A stretch of DNA of 64,000 nucleotides from Octopus sinensis (lineage: Eukaryota): the NCBI RefSeq assembly GCF_006345805.1, contig NC_043014.1:33914001-33978000 (forward strand), written 5' to 3'. Of this stretch, positions 1-12,675 are shown one piece after another. Position 1 is the stretch's first letter. The number at the start of each line of letters is the position of its first letter. The notes beneath the pieces are model-generated. The model was not told where the DNA came from. It made no database searches and saw only the letters and a program-made list of their open reading frames with translations. Both the position numbers and the translations under genes were made by a program.

Positions 1-66
1 TGTCTGTCACCTGTTTCCAAGCAAGTTTAATATTCCCCCATGGCCAGACATTGTTTTTAACAGAAG

Positions 67-712
67 ACTAGCTTAAGGTGACCCGCTCTACGCGCGGGTA
101 AGAGTGTGGTATATATATATATAAATGTATACAAATTATATATATATATATAAATACAGATATATACACTTTGTATATATACATTATATATACATATTTA
201 TATATAGAACACACACATATAAATTAACCCAATAAATATCTGATTCATAATATTTATTCTCATGATTGTGTGGTGGTGGTGGCGATGATAATTCTCTCTA
301 TGAATGCAGACAGACGTAGAGAGAGAGTGTGTGAAAGCGCTGTCGAAGGCGGTGGGGGAGGATATAGGACGCTGTGAAACGACGTTATAGAGAGAAAGTG
401 AAGGGAATGGAGGTAGACGCTGTGAAACGACGTTATAGAGAGAAAGTGAAGGGAAGGGAGGAAAGAGAGAGAAACGGAGAAAGACAGATACATAAAAGAA
501 TGAGAGGAGACTTGTCAAAGTGTGCGTTTTTTGCCCTAGTAGCCACACCTTTTAAGATAGGGATTTCTAACCTAGCCAACTCTCATCTTCACCTCATTTT
601 ACATATCCCTGTAAATTTTGGAGTCAATCCGACAGGATCTAGTGGCCTTTAACCCGTTCCAATGCCAAAACCAGACAAACAAACTATTTGCATTTCAGAT
701 TTATAGATATTG
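67..712 (+). mobile_element. Helentron-associated (DINE-1/HINE-like) non-autonomous element
   Basis: Starts actagc...acccgc-tctac-gcgcgggt hairpin; internal microsatellite and 48-bp tandem pair (368, 416); 3' block gtaaattttgg...catttcagatttatagat shared with the 42 kb copy. Confidence 0.55.
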
Positions 713-1233
713 ATTGGAAACAATTAACATTGCTTGCATGACAGAATACTTGCTTACAAACATCATGTGATATCAAGTTAAGGGTACACATCAACACACA
801 CACACACAACAGGTTTCTGTTAGTTACTGTCCACCACATTCACTCACAGGGCTTTAGTCAGCCTTGGACAACAAATAATAGAAGATACTTTCCCAAGGTG
901 TCACACTGTGGGACTGAACCCAGAACCACATGATTCAGAAATAAGCTTCTTAACTACACAGTCATATCTGCATTTATGCTTTTAACTTTATTTGTTTATC
1001 TTTTCTATTCTTTTATCCTTTTACTTGTTTCAGTCACTTGACTGTGGCCAGGTTGGAGCACCACCTTGAAGGGTTTTAGTCAAACAAATTGACTCCAGGA
1101 CTTATTTCATAAGTCTATTGATCTGTTTTGCCCAACCACTAAGTTATGGAGGCCTAAATACACCAACACCAGTTGTCAAGTGGTGACAGGGGGGCAAACA
1201 CAGACACAAAGACAAACAAACATAGATGTATAC

Positions 1234-1291
<58 letters not shown>

Positions 1292-1302
1292 AATATATAT
1301 AT

Positions 1303-1350
<48 letters not shown>

Positions 1351-1359
1351 TATATATAT

Positions 1360-1390
<31 letters not shown>

Positions 1391-1584
1391 GGCTTCTTTC
1401 AGTTTCCCTTTACCAAATCCACTCACGAGGTGTTGGTTGGCCCAAGGCTATAGTAGAAGGTGCCAAACAGTGGGATTGAACTTGAACCCATGTGGTTGAG
1501 AAGCAAGCTTCTTACCACACAGCCACATCTTTATTTTTTTTATTTTTGCTATTTATTGATGACCTAACTAACATTGCTGAATCT

Positions 1585-1830
1585 ATTCAAGAATTAGAGA
1601 AATAATTCCACAAATAGAAGCAAAGTTTAGACTTGAGGGATTTTAAAGTAAACCTACCAAAATCAAAAGTTTTCTTTAGCAGAATAAAGGACAAGGCTCT
1701 AGTGCCATCAGAAAGATGGGCATGCTCAGTATGTAGAGAAGAAGTTGGTAGGATTCCATATAGTGTACCCAGAGTAAACTATGGATGCATAAGATGTTGT
1801 AGTGGAAAAACAGAATGGCTTTACATATCA
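1585..1830 (+). mobile_element. Degenerate RTE LINE fragment including the PHD-finger region
   Basis: KVNLPKSKV...RWACSVCREEVGR aligns to the intact LINE ORF (RVNLAKTKV...RWPCSICRKGVGR). Confidence 0.75.
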
Positions 1831-1849
1831 CAGATTACAGGAAGGAAAG

Positions 1850-2090
1850 TTGTAGGTAGATAGGTAGGTGAGTGTGTAGGTACACTCGTAGGTATGTATA
1901 CAGCTATGTATGTATATAAATGGGTAGGTAGGTAAGTAGGTATGTATGAATGTAAACATAGGTATATATGTAGGTAAGTGAGTAAGTAGGTAAGTACATA
2001 CATACATAAGCAGATACAAACATCGGTAGGTGGATAGGTAAGTAGCTGAAAACATTGGTAGGTTTAGATATGTAGATATGTAGGTAAACT
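1850..2090. repeat. Degenerate (AGGT)n microsatellite
   Basis: Repeated aggt/aagt/atgt units. Confidence 0.85.
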
Positions 2091-2248
2091 GACACTGCAA
2101 GACAGAGATATAGTCACAAACTCACACATAAATAAACAAACACAAACACATGCTACACACATCAGTTCTATAACCATTCTCCAAGCAATAATATTGGTGA
2201 CATTGTTGTAATACAGACAGAATAAACAAAAACTATGGTGGTACTAAC

Positions 2249-2992
2249 CTTGACTTCTAACATTGTCTGTGGTTCCAAAGAACTTTGCTGTGGAGCCAGG
2301 GACAAATTTGGAATGTTTTTGTCTGTAGAATCAATATCTTCATCTTCTATAAGGTACTCTCTCTCTTTGTTAGCTGGTATTTTATAAAGATTACTTTCTG
2401 AAGTTTTTGTCACCTGAGAAGTATCAGTCAAACCCACACCAATTGCATGTGGAGTAGTAGTCAAAACCTCACTAGATCCATGAGGAGTAGTAACCAAAAC
2501 CTCTCCAGATACATAGAAAGTACCTACACTAGGTCCATGAGGAGTACCATTCAAACGCGCACTAGGTTCATGAGGAGTACCATTCAAACGTGCACTAGGT
2601 CCATGCGGAGGCCTTCTGTTACATTTCCCCTTTTTTTTGTCTGTTCTTGATGTCTTCTTTTCCTTTCCTGAATCTTGTCTTTGATTTTGGTCAACACTTG
2701 CATTTACTGCAGGTTTCAGGCAGTGGTGTGGTTTCTCAGCAACTAGATATTTCCGGTACTCAGTTGGTTCAAGATTAACAGGTTTGTCTGGGTCCAAAGC
2801 CACATCAGAGCTTGTGTTTTTGTGTAAGCAATGCATACAGGGCAGAATGTCACACTCCATGTGGACATGTGCTGGTACAGTTTTACTACAAGAATTACAT
2901 TGCTGCAGTTGAGGGCTCGCAATTGGTATTGTCTGAGTAGTTGTTACTTTGGGAAGGTTTGAATCAGGGTAAGTTTGAACTTCAACGTTCAC
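2249..2992 (-). CDS. PROSER3: PROSER3-like large exon (VNVEVQT...PAHVHMECDILPC...MLEVK); gene continues beyond the left edge
   Basis: Acceptor ttgcttag|, donor AAG|gttagt, 744 nt, phase 0 to 0. HVHMECDILPC resembles a recalled conserved block of PROSER3 homologues. No stop codon is reached in the window. Confidence 0.8.
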
Positions 2993-3459
2993 CTAAGCAA
3001 CAACAAATGTAAAAATATACTTACGACAAATTACATAAACAAAATATAATTCAGACACTTCACGACAATAAAATATAACCGAAACACATTGTAGCAATTA
3101 AATACATCTAAGAGACCCCACAACAACAAAATATAATTAAGACATATTACACAATGTAGCTTGTATTTTTGTTTCAACATCTTGTTTGTTTGCTTTCGCA
3201 TGACAAAGTATCATCCCCATCATCAATCACCATTATTTTAATGTCCACTTTTCCATACTTGCATGGATTGGACTGAGAATGTGTTGAGGCAAATTTTCTA
3301 CAGTTAGATACCCTTCCTGTCAACAACCCATACTTGTTTCCAAGCGAGGCAATATCTTCCAATGGCCAGATATGTTTTCACAGAATACTGAAAATGAATG
3401 ACATTCATTTATGGCAACCACACATTGTCAAGACAAGGTGAAACAAACAAACAAACAAA

Positions 3460-3508
<49 letters not shown>

Positions 3509-3842
3509 GTCAGTGGATAAGCAAGAGAAAGTGGCATCCAACACATTTGATAGAAGTACATATATCATTTAATAACTGTTTGATTCAACTCCATGCAACT
3601 AAAAGTTTTGTGGGCTAGCTTCATTTTATGAGCTAAGTTGCATAGAGCCAAACCAAACTGCCATTAAATAATACACACACACACAAACAAACAACAGGCT
3701 TCTTTTAGTTTCCTTCTAACAAATCCACTCACAAGTCTGGTCAATCTGAGGCGGCAGTAGAAGACACTTATCCAAGATGCCATATAGTGAGACTAAACCT
3801 ATAACCATATGATTAAGAAGAAAACCCACATGACCTCACAGC

Positions 3843-4600
3843 CACACCTGTATATATAAATTATTATATATATTTCAAATTTTGAACAATGCCAGCAATT
3901 TCTAGGAAGTGGGTAACTTTATTATATCAACCCCAGTGTTCAACTGTTATTTATTTTATCAACCCCGAAAGGATGAAAAGTAAAGTCGACCTTGGTGGAA
4001 TTTGAACGTAAAGATAGACGATTCTGCCAGCTTTATATAAATTAACATTGATTTCAAATTTTGGCACAATTAAATCAATTGTGTGGAGATCTCCTGAACA
4101 ATTCTGAATAGTACTTATTTTATCAACCCTGGAAAGATGAAAGGCAAAATCACCTCAGCAAAATTTGAACTCAGAATGTAAAGGCAGATGAAATGCCACA
4201 CCTGTATATATAAATTATTATATATTTCAAATTTTGGCACAATGCCAGCAATTTCTAGGAAGTGAGTAAGAGTATTACATCAACCCCAATGATCAACTGG
4301 AACTTATTTTATCAACCCCAAAAGGACGAAAAGTAAAGTCGACCTTGGTGGAATTTGAACATAAAGATAGAAAAAATGCCATAAAGCATTTTGTCTGGCA
4401 TGCTGATGATTCTGCCAGCTTTATATAAATAATATTGGTTTCAAATTTTGGCAAAAGGCCAACAGGATTGGGAGAGGAGCTAAGTCAATTAAATCAACCC
4501 CAGTGTTCAACTGGTACTTATTTTATCAACCCCGGAAGAATGAAAGGCAAAATCACCTCAGCAAAATTTGAACTCAGAATGTAAAGGCAGACGAAATGCC
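3843..4600. repeat. About 354-bp tandem duplication of a double-SINE unit
   Basis: cacacctgtatatataaattatt at 3843 and 4197; copy 1 carries deletions and one foreign insert. Confidence 0.85.
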
Positions 4601-6611
4601 ATTAAACATTTTGCCTGGCATGCTAGCGATTCAGCCAGGTTGCTGCCTTATATAAATTAATACCGATTTCTAAACTAGTACAAGGTCTTTAATATTTGGA
4701 GGGGGTATAATCAATGAAATTGACCCCTAGGATGAAAAACAAAGTTGGTCTCGACATGAGTTGAACTCAAAAAATAAAAAGCATAACTAAATTGTAGCAA
4801 GATATTATATTTCATATGATGATTGTCATTTCACCCCGTCCCCTTGCTTATATGAGTATTAGTGTTACAAAGTCTATACTTTTAATTTTGTAGATAGAAT
4901 TTAATTTTGTATTTGATTCAAAAATAATCTGTACTTCCCAGTAACAATTCCAATTCAGAATAAGTACACACACACACACACACACACACACCACACACAT
5001 ATATATATATATATCTATATATATATATATACATACATACATACACACACCAACATTATATATATATATATATAAAATTGAATAGTGTTCACTTCCGATT
5101 CTCTCATTCTGTGAAAGTTTCTAGTTCGAATCACACGTGTCTCGAGATGTGCCGAAGATTTTCTATTTTGGATATATTTGGGGTACTTAGGTCTGCTCAG
5201 GACTTAGTGCTTGCTTTTCCATGGGTATGAGTAAGTATTTCACTTATATCTCGCATATTTGCCACTGAAGAGGAAAAAATTCTTATGAAATAACTCCGAA
5301 ATTGGACCAATACAGTAATAACGAATTTTTTAGAAATTTCTATCGGTTTGTTTCGAGACACATAAATTATAATGGTTATTGACAATTTTTGTTTCGGCAT
5401 ATTTGGCATTAGAATTTTTCTTTTGCCCTTATCTTGTAAATTATATATATATACATACATACATACATACATGCACACACCAACACTATATATGTGTGTA
5501 TATATATATATATTATATGTATGTATATGTATATATATATATATGTGTATGTATGTATGTATGTATTGATGTATGTATATTCATTTCTTCTTTTTATATC
5601 CACTTTTTTCATTCTAATATGGGTTGGTGAATTAAATATATATTACTGAGGAATTGTTTCCTAGCCAGTTGCTCTTTTCTGTCACTAACCTATACCTGCC
5701 TTTCAAATAAGGAATTTTCCTCTTCACTCGTCTTCAAAAATTCAGAGCTTGTGGCCAATTTACTGACAGGAAATGTTAAACTACACATAAGAAACAATAA
5801 AATATAAACATTCACACAGACACACACACACACACACATTCACACCCACACACATGCATGTGCACAGATACAACATTATATTCATAACACACATATACAC
5901 ACACATATCATCATTATTACTAATTTAATTCCACTTTTCCATGCTCTTGTGGGTCAGATGGAATTTACTAAGACAGGCTTTCAGTGGCCAGATATCCTTC
6001 TTGTTGCCAACCCTCACTGCTCCCAAGCTTTGAAGGAAGGTAATATTTTCCCATGACCAAACTTGTTTTCATAGAAGTCTGGAAATAAATGACACTGCTT
6101 GCAATGACAGTGACACTCATTTTCAATTGCTATGTGAGGACAAGACAAGGCAGCACACACACACACACAGACACACACACACACACCACACACACATATA
6201 CACACACACACACACATTTTCAACAGGATCCTTTCAGTTTTCATCAACCAAATCCAGACACAAAATTATGACAATAATTAATGGTTTCACACTTTGGCAC
6301 AAGGCCAGCAAGTTCAGGGGAGGGGATAAGACAATTACATCGACCCCAGTATTCAATTGGTCCTTATTTTATCGGCCCCCTAAAGAATGAAAGGCAAAGT
6401 CAACCTCAGCGGGATAGATACTCTTTTACTTGTTTCAGTCATTTGACTGCGGCCATGCTGGAGCACCGCCTTTAGTCAAGCAAATCAACCCCAGGACTTA
6501 TTCTTTAGAAGCCTAGTACTTATTCTATTGGTCTCTTTTGCCGAACTGCTAAGTTACGGGGACGTAGACACACTACCATTGGTTGTCAAGTGATGTTGGG
6601 AGGAGAAACAC

Positions 6612-6658
<47 letters not shown>

Positions 6659-6933
6659 AACATATATACGATGAGCTTCTTTCAGTCTCCATCTACCAAA
6701 TCCACTCACAAGGCTTTGGTCGGCCCGAGGCTATAGTAGAAGACACTTGCCCAATTTGCCACGCAGTGGGAATGAACCCAGAACCATGTGGTTGGTAAGC
6801 CAGCTACTTACCACACAACCACTCCTGCGCCTATGATAATAATTATTAACAACAATTATTTCCAATATTTAGACACTTCATAAGAGAGAGCTTTGGGGAT
6901 AAAAAAAATTTAAACTCAGAAATTTTGACCTAC

Positions 6934-7143
6934 CTTAGACTGAACATTGGCATCTTGCAACTGTCTCTTTATTTCTTCTTGTGTTTGGGCCAAAACTGTG
7001 GCTGGGTTCTGAACCAAATTTGTGTGGAGATCTCCTGAACAATTCTGAATACTCCAGTTTGCGTCATGCTCCTCAGTTTCTAAAGATTCTTCAACAAGAT
7101 TCACTTTGCCAGCTCTAGGATGTAATGTACCAATTCCATGAAG
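6934..7143 (-). CDS. PROSER3: PROSER3-like exon (LHGIGTLHPRAGKVNLVEES...DANVQSK)
   Basis: Acceptor catttcag| at 7143, donor AAG|gtaggt, 210 nt, phase 0 to 0, open throughout. Confidence 0.7.
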
Positions 7144-8297
7144 CTGAAATGTTTAATAACAGAAATTGATACATTTCTTACAGTTCAAGATTTACTTTTG
7201 ATTTTATTACATGTCAAAGCAAGTGAATGAATGAATGAGTGTGTGTGTGTGTTTGTATGCATGTGCATGCAAGAGAGAGAGAGGAGCAGCATATGTGTGA
7301 GATATACATAGACAGGCAGAGGGTAAAGATAATGTGGTAAATATGTATAGAGAGGGGAAAGGCATAAAAGAGTGATCTAAAAGCCGAGTTATTTCTTGTA
7401 GCAAATTAAATTTTTTGATTAATTATAACCGAAATATCTTGTCACTGGAATGCAGATATCAAAAATCAAGTCCATTTTTTGAGAGGATGCAACATTTGGG
7501 AGGCTGTCTGTGAGATATTCACATACATACACACATACACTCTGCATTATTTTGAGGGACTTTTGTATTTTACATTGAGGCAGGCATGTAAGTAATTTAT
7601 TTATTATCAACTCTAATAATATAAATTATTTAGATACTTTTAAGTTACCAAACAATTTGTCATGACTATATAATATTACATATATTATTATCATTGTTGA
7701 TATATATATATATGGGAGACCCCCTTTGGTCATGAATGACCATGGGATTGCACCTAGAAAGTTACCCTCCGAGGCACAAGTCCGGGCAAGGTTGTTTATG
7801 GAAGACCAGCAGTCACCCATGCATACCAGCCTCCCCTCTCCACACCACTGATGTTATCCAAGGGAAAGACAAAAGCTGACACAGCTTGGCACCAGTGATG
7901 TCGCAGCTCATTTCTACAGCTGAGTTAACTGGAGTAACGTGAAATAAAGCTTCTTGCTCAAGAACACAACACGCAGCCCGGTCCGGGAATCAAACTCACA
8001 ACCTCACGATCATAAACTTGACGCTCTAACCACTGAGCCATGCACTTTCACTATATATATATATATATATATCTTAGAAGGGTACCCTGTGTTGCTAAGG
8101 AAATGATGTCTTCATTTGTGGATCAATTAGCTAATTTATTTCTGGGCAAATTCTGGATAAAATCATTATTTCAAAGACCTAAGGAATAAGTACCTGGTTT
8201 AGAAAAACAAAAATAAGTACTGGGGATGTTTTATTTGACTAAACCCTTCAAGGCAGTTTCATGACTGAAACAAGTAGAAAATAAAAGATATTATTCT

Positions 8298-8347
<50 letters not shown>

Positions 8348-9725
8348 AAACAGAAAATGGAGAAATATTGATCAGCAACAACTGACTAACATCTATTATT
8401 ACTTTTTAATACAGACTTATATTGAAAAGTAATAATTGATATTAGACAATTGTTGTCGATCAATATTTCTCCATTTTTCTGCTTACTTTAAATTTGATTC
8501 CTGATAAACTCATGTTTATCTTTATCATTGCCTGTAACCTATGAGCATAATATGCTTCTATATGTATGTCCAGGGTTAAGATAGGTAATTATACTGGTAG
8601 TTAAATGGATATTTTTATCCCTTAGACAGTTATTCCAACCTCTAACTCTACTAACCTTTATATATATGTATACAGGGGTTGGACAAAATAATGGAAACAC
8701 CTAGCATCATAGCTTCATAATTTTGAAATATCTATAAAACCATTTATTTTTATGTTTTTTTTTTTATTTATTAGTAGTGTTGCTTAATGTGTTTTGCTAA
8801 AACTGCTGTTTCTTTTCAGATATCATCAGAAAAAAGTAATTAAAATTCATTACAATGACAGATCTAGCGGACTTTCAAAGAGATCAAATTGTTGGTGTTC
8901 GTATGACAGGTGCTATCATAACAAAAACAGCAAAAATGTTTGGTGTATCAAGAAGTAATGACTGCCTTCCAGAAAGAGGGAAAAACCTCCTCATTGAAAC
9001 AAAACTCTGAAAGGAAACCAAAACTTTCAGATAGGGACCATCGGACTATTACGTAAATTGTTAGAAAGATAACAAAAGTACAGCTCCCAAAATTACTGCA
9101 AAACTTAATGACCACCTTGAGGACCCGATTTCCAAAAAAACTGTTTGCCAGGAGCTGCACAAAACCAGATTTCATGGGAGGGTTGCAATCAGAAAACCAC
9201 GACTTCCAAAAAGAAACATTGCAAGGCATTTAGAGGGGAGTAAAAACCTACAGAATCGCTCCCTAGAACAGTGTTATTTTCTCAGACGAGTCATCCTTTA
9301 CCTTATTTCCAACCACCGGCTGAGTATACGTGTAGAGACAGCCAAAAGAAGCATTTGACCCAGACTGCCTTCTTCCAACTGTTAAACACGGAGGAGAATT
9401 TGTGATGATCTGGGGGCTATATCTTGGAAATCAGCCGGCCCAATGGTTTCCTTTCATGGCAGAATTAAAAGCCAAGACTATTTAAACATTTTATCTGATC
9501 AAATTCATCCTATGGTTGCAGAACTGTTTCCGGAGGGAAATGCAATCTTTCAGGATGATAATACACCAATTCACACAGCTAAAGTTGTTACTGAATGGCA
9601 TGAGGAATATTCTAGTGAAGTTGAACATCTCATCTAGCCACCACAGTCCCCAGATCTCAATATTATTGAACATTTATGGTGCATTTTAGAAAAACAAGTA
9701 AGGAGTCAATATCCTCCAGCATCAT

Positions 9726-12069
9726 AGAATGTACCCCACAACATAGACTGGTAGTTAGTGACTTTAGGATCAGGACTAGGAGGACAACCAGAAGACGACA
9801 AATATGGAGAAGAAGGATCTGGAAGCTTAAAGATCCTGCAAATGGACAGAGATTTAGGGACATATTACTTGAAGCCTCTGACGAAGTAGAAGGGGATAGA
9901 GCATCACAGGGGGTAGAAGACAGCTGGACGTTTCTAAGGGACAACCTGCTGAGAGCCACTGACCAGATCTGTGGCTGGTGCAAAGTCCCCTCTCGACCTA
10001 GAATAACGTGGTGGTGGAACAATATTGTAGACAGGGCTATTAGAGAAAAGAGACAGGCTTGGAAGGTCTGGAAAAATGGGGGTAGCAGGGGATTGTATCA
10101 GACTGCCAAAAGAGAAGCTAGGAGACAGGTTTATTTAGCCAGAGGGGAAGCAGATAAGAAAAAATTTGCCAATGTTCTGCGCCGTGAGGACCAAAGACTG
10201 GAGGTGTTTCGTGTTGCAAGACAGTGTGTGAGAGAGAATCGTGATGTGGTAGGAGAGAAGTGTGTTCGCATGGAAGATGGTTCACTTGCGCTAAATGAGG
10301 ATGCAAAGAGAGAGGTTTGGAGATGCCACTATGAAAGGTTGCTGAATGAAGAAAATGAATGGGATAAAGAGAGTCTGCCGAATGTTGACCCAACAGAGGG
10401 ACCAGCTATCCGAGTTGATAGTTCCGTGGTAGCTAAGGCAATTAGAAGCATGAAGACAGGGAAAGCCCCAGGCCCATCAGGAATCACTGCAGAGATGCTC
10501 AAAATGTCTGGTAGTGTCGGCTATAGCCTAGTCACCCGTATAGTTAATCAGGTGATACACAAAGGGGTCATACCCAATGACTGGTGTAGCAGTATAATAG
10601 TCAACTGCTACAAAGGTAAAGGTGATGCCCTAGATACAAATAACTACAGAGGTATCAAGCTGTTGGACCAGGTGATGAAGGTTACGGAGAGGGTCATAGC
10701 CCAACTAATTAGAGAGAGAGTTAGTTTAGATGAGATGCAGTTTGGGTTTGTGCCAGGGAAAAGTACCACTGATGCTATATTCCTGGTAAGGCAGCTGCAG
10801 GAGAAATACCTAGCCAAAGATAAGCCCCTGTACCTGGCTTCCGTTGACATGGAGAAAGCCTTTGACAGGGTCCCCCGATCCCTTATCTGGTGGTCAATGA
10901 GGAAACTAGGGATAGATGAAAGGCTGGTGAGGGCTGTGCAAGCCATGTACAGAGATGCCGTAAGTAAGGTTAGGGTTGGCAACATGTACACAGAAGAATT
11001 CAAAGTAGAGGTTGGGGTCCACCAGGGTTCAGTACTCAGCCCCCTCCTATTTATCATAGTCCTCCAGGCAATAACGGAGGAATTCAAGACAGGATGCCCT
11101 TGGGAGCTCCTCTATGCTGATGACCTTGCTCTAATTGCTGAGTCGCTATCAGAACTGGAGGAGAAGTTTCAGGTGTGGAAACAAGGATTAGAATCGAAGG
11201 GCCTCAGAGTCAATCTAGCTAAAACCAAAGTCGTAATCAGTAGGAAGGTAGACAAATCACAAACACCTTCAGGTAGATGGCCCTGCTCGATCTGTAGAAA
11301 AGGTGTAGGTAGAAACTCTATAAGATGCACCAAGTGTAAGCTATGGACACATAAGAGATGCAGCAATGTCAAAGGAAGGCTAACTAGGAAGATGGTTTTT
11401 GTATGTGGCAGATGCTCAGGAACAATAAACACTGAAAATGCTCTGAGACCAACTTCCGTCACTTTCCAGGGAGAAAAACTAGAAATAGTTGATAGTTTCC
11501 GTTACCTAGGTGACCAAGTCAGCAGCGGGGGCGGGTGTGCTGAAAGTGTAACTGCTAGAGTAAGAATAGCTTGGGCAAAGTTCAGAGAGCTCTTACCTCT
11601 ACTGGTGACAAAAGGCCTCTCGCACAGAGTGAAAGGCAGACTGTATGATGCGTGTGTACGAACAGCCATGCTACATGGCAGTGAAACATGGGCCGTGACT
11701 GCTGAGGATATGCGTAAGCTTGCTAGAAATGAAGCCAGTATGCTCCGATGGATGTGTAATGCCGGTACTCACACTCGGCAGAGTGTAAGTACCTTGAGAG
11801 AAAAGCTGGACCTAAGAAGCATCAGTTGTGGTGTGCAAGAGAGATGTTTGCGCTGGTATGGTCATGTGGCGAGAATGGATGAAGATAGTTGTGTGAAAAA
11901 GTGCCACACCCTAGCGGTTGAGGGAACCTGTGGAAGAGGCAGACCCAGGAAAACCTGGGACGAGGTGGTGAAGCACGACCTTCGAACTTTAGGTCTCACT
12001 GAGGAAATGACTAGAGACCGAGACCTCTGGAAGTGTGCTGTGCGCGAGAAGACCCGGCAGGACAAGTGA
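9726..12069 (+). CDS. RTE reverse transcriptase ORF, 5'-truncated (RT domain, PHD-type finger, C-terminal region)
   Basis: RT motifs KAPGPSG, NYRGIKLL, QFGF, DMEKAFDRV, GVHQGSVLSP, YADD (11113), FRYLG. The ORF-track start at 9676 is transposon sequence fused in frame. Confidence 0.92.
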
Positions 12070-12675
12070 GTCCATAACCCGTGGCCTTCTACATGGGATG
12101 GAGCCAGCCTACGTATGCATACCTTCCCTTCTTGGGACACAAAACTCTACTTGTGAAGACGTGATGAGGCAAGTGAGGATCAGAATCGAAATCGATCAAT
12201 GGAAATTGCGGATGTGCTACCAGTGCCGGTGGCATGTCAAAACTCTGCTTGTGAAGACCCGTTGAGGCAAGTGACGATCAGAATCGAAATCGATCAATGG
12301 AAATCGATCAATGGAAATTGCAGATGTGTTACCAGTGCCGGTGGCATGTAAGAGAACTTTCCGTTTCGCGACCGTTGCCAGCACCGCCCCGTTTCGTGTC
12401 CGTTGCCAGCCTCGCCTGGCCCTCGTGCCGGTGGCACATAAAAAGCACCATCCGTTCGTGGCCGTTTGCCAGCTCTGTCTGGCACCAGTGTGGGTGGCAC
12501 GTAAAAAGCACCCACTACACTCACGGAGTGGTTGGCGTTAGGAAGGGCATCCAGCCGTAGAAACACTGCCAGATTTGACTGGGCCTGATGAAGCCTTCTG
12601 GCTTCACAGACCCCAGTAGAACCGTCCAACCCATGCTAGCATGGAAAACGGACGCTAAACGATGATGATGATGAT
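9726..12675 (+). mobile_element. RTE-clade LINE, 5'-truncated, with 3' UTR and (GAT)n tail
   Basis: Begins at the end of the APE endonuclease (ECTPQHRLVVSDF); uninterrupted ORF to 12069; long 3' UTR with tandem units; (GAT)5 tail; candidate TSD catcat (9720-9725 / 12679-12684). The Tc1 frame resumes exactly after it. Confidence 0.95.

Noticed and set aside
5261-5315. Hammerhead-ribozyme-like CTGAAGA...CGAAA motif
   Set aside because: Short stem II and a palindromic stem III can be drawn, but nothing after the AUA triplet pairs with the upstream gcca to form stem I. At best a decayed copy; a covariance-model search would decide.
9676-9725. N-terminal MVHFRKTSKESISSSI of the 797-aa ORF
   Set aside because: This is Tc1 sequence read in a shifted frame and fused by chance to the truncated LINE ORF.
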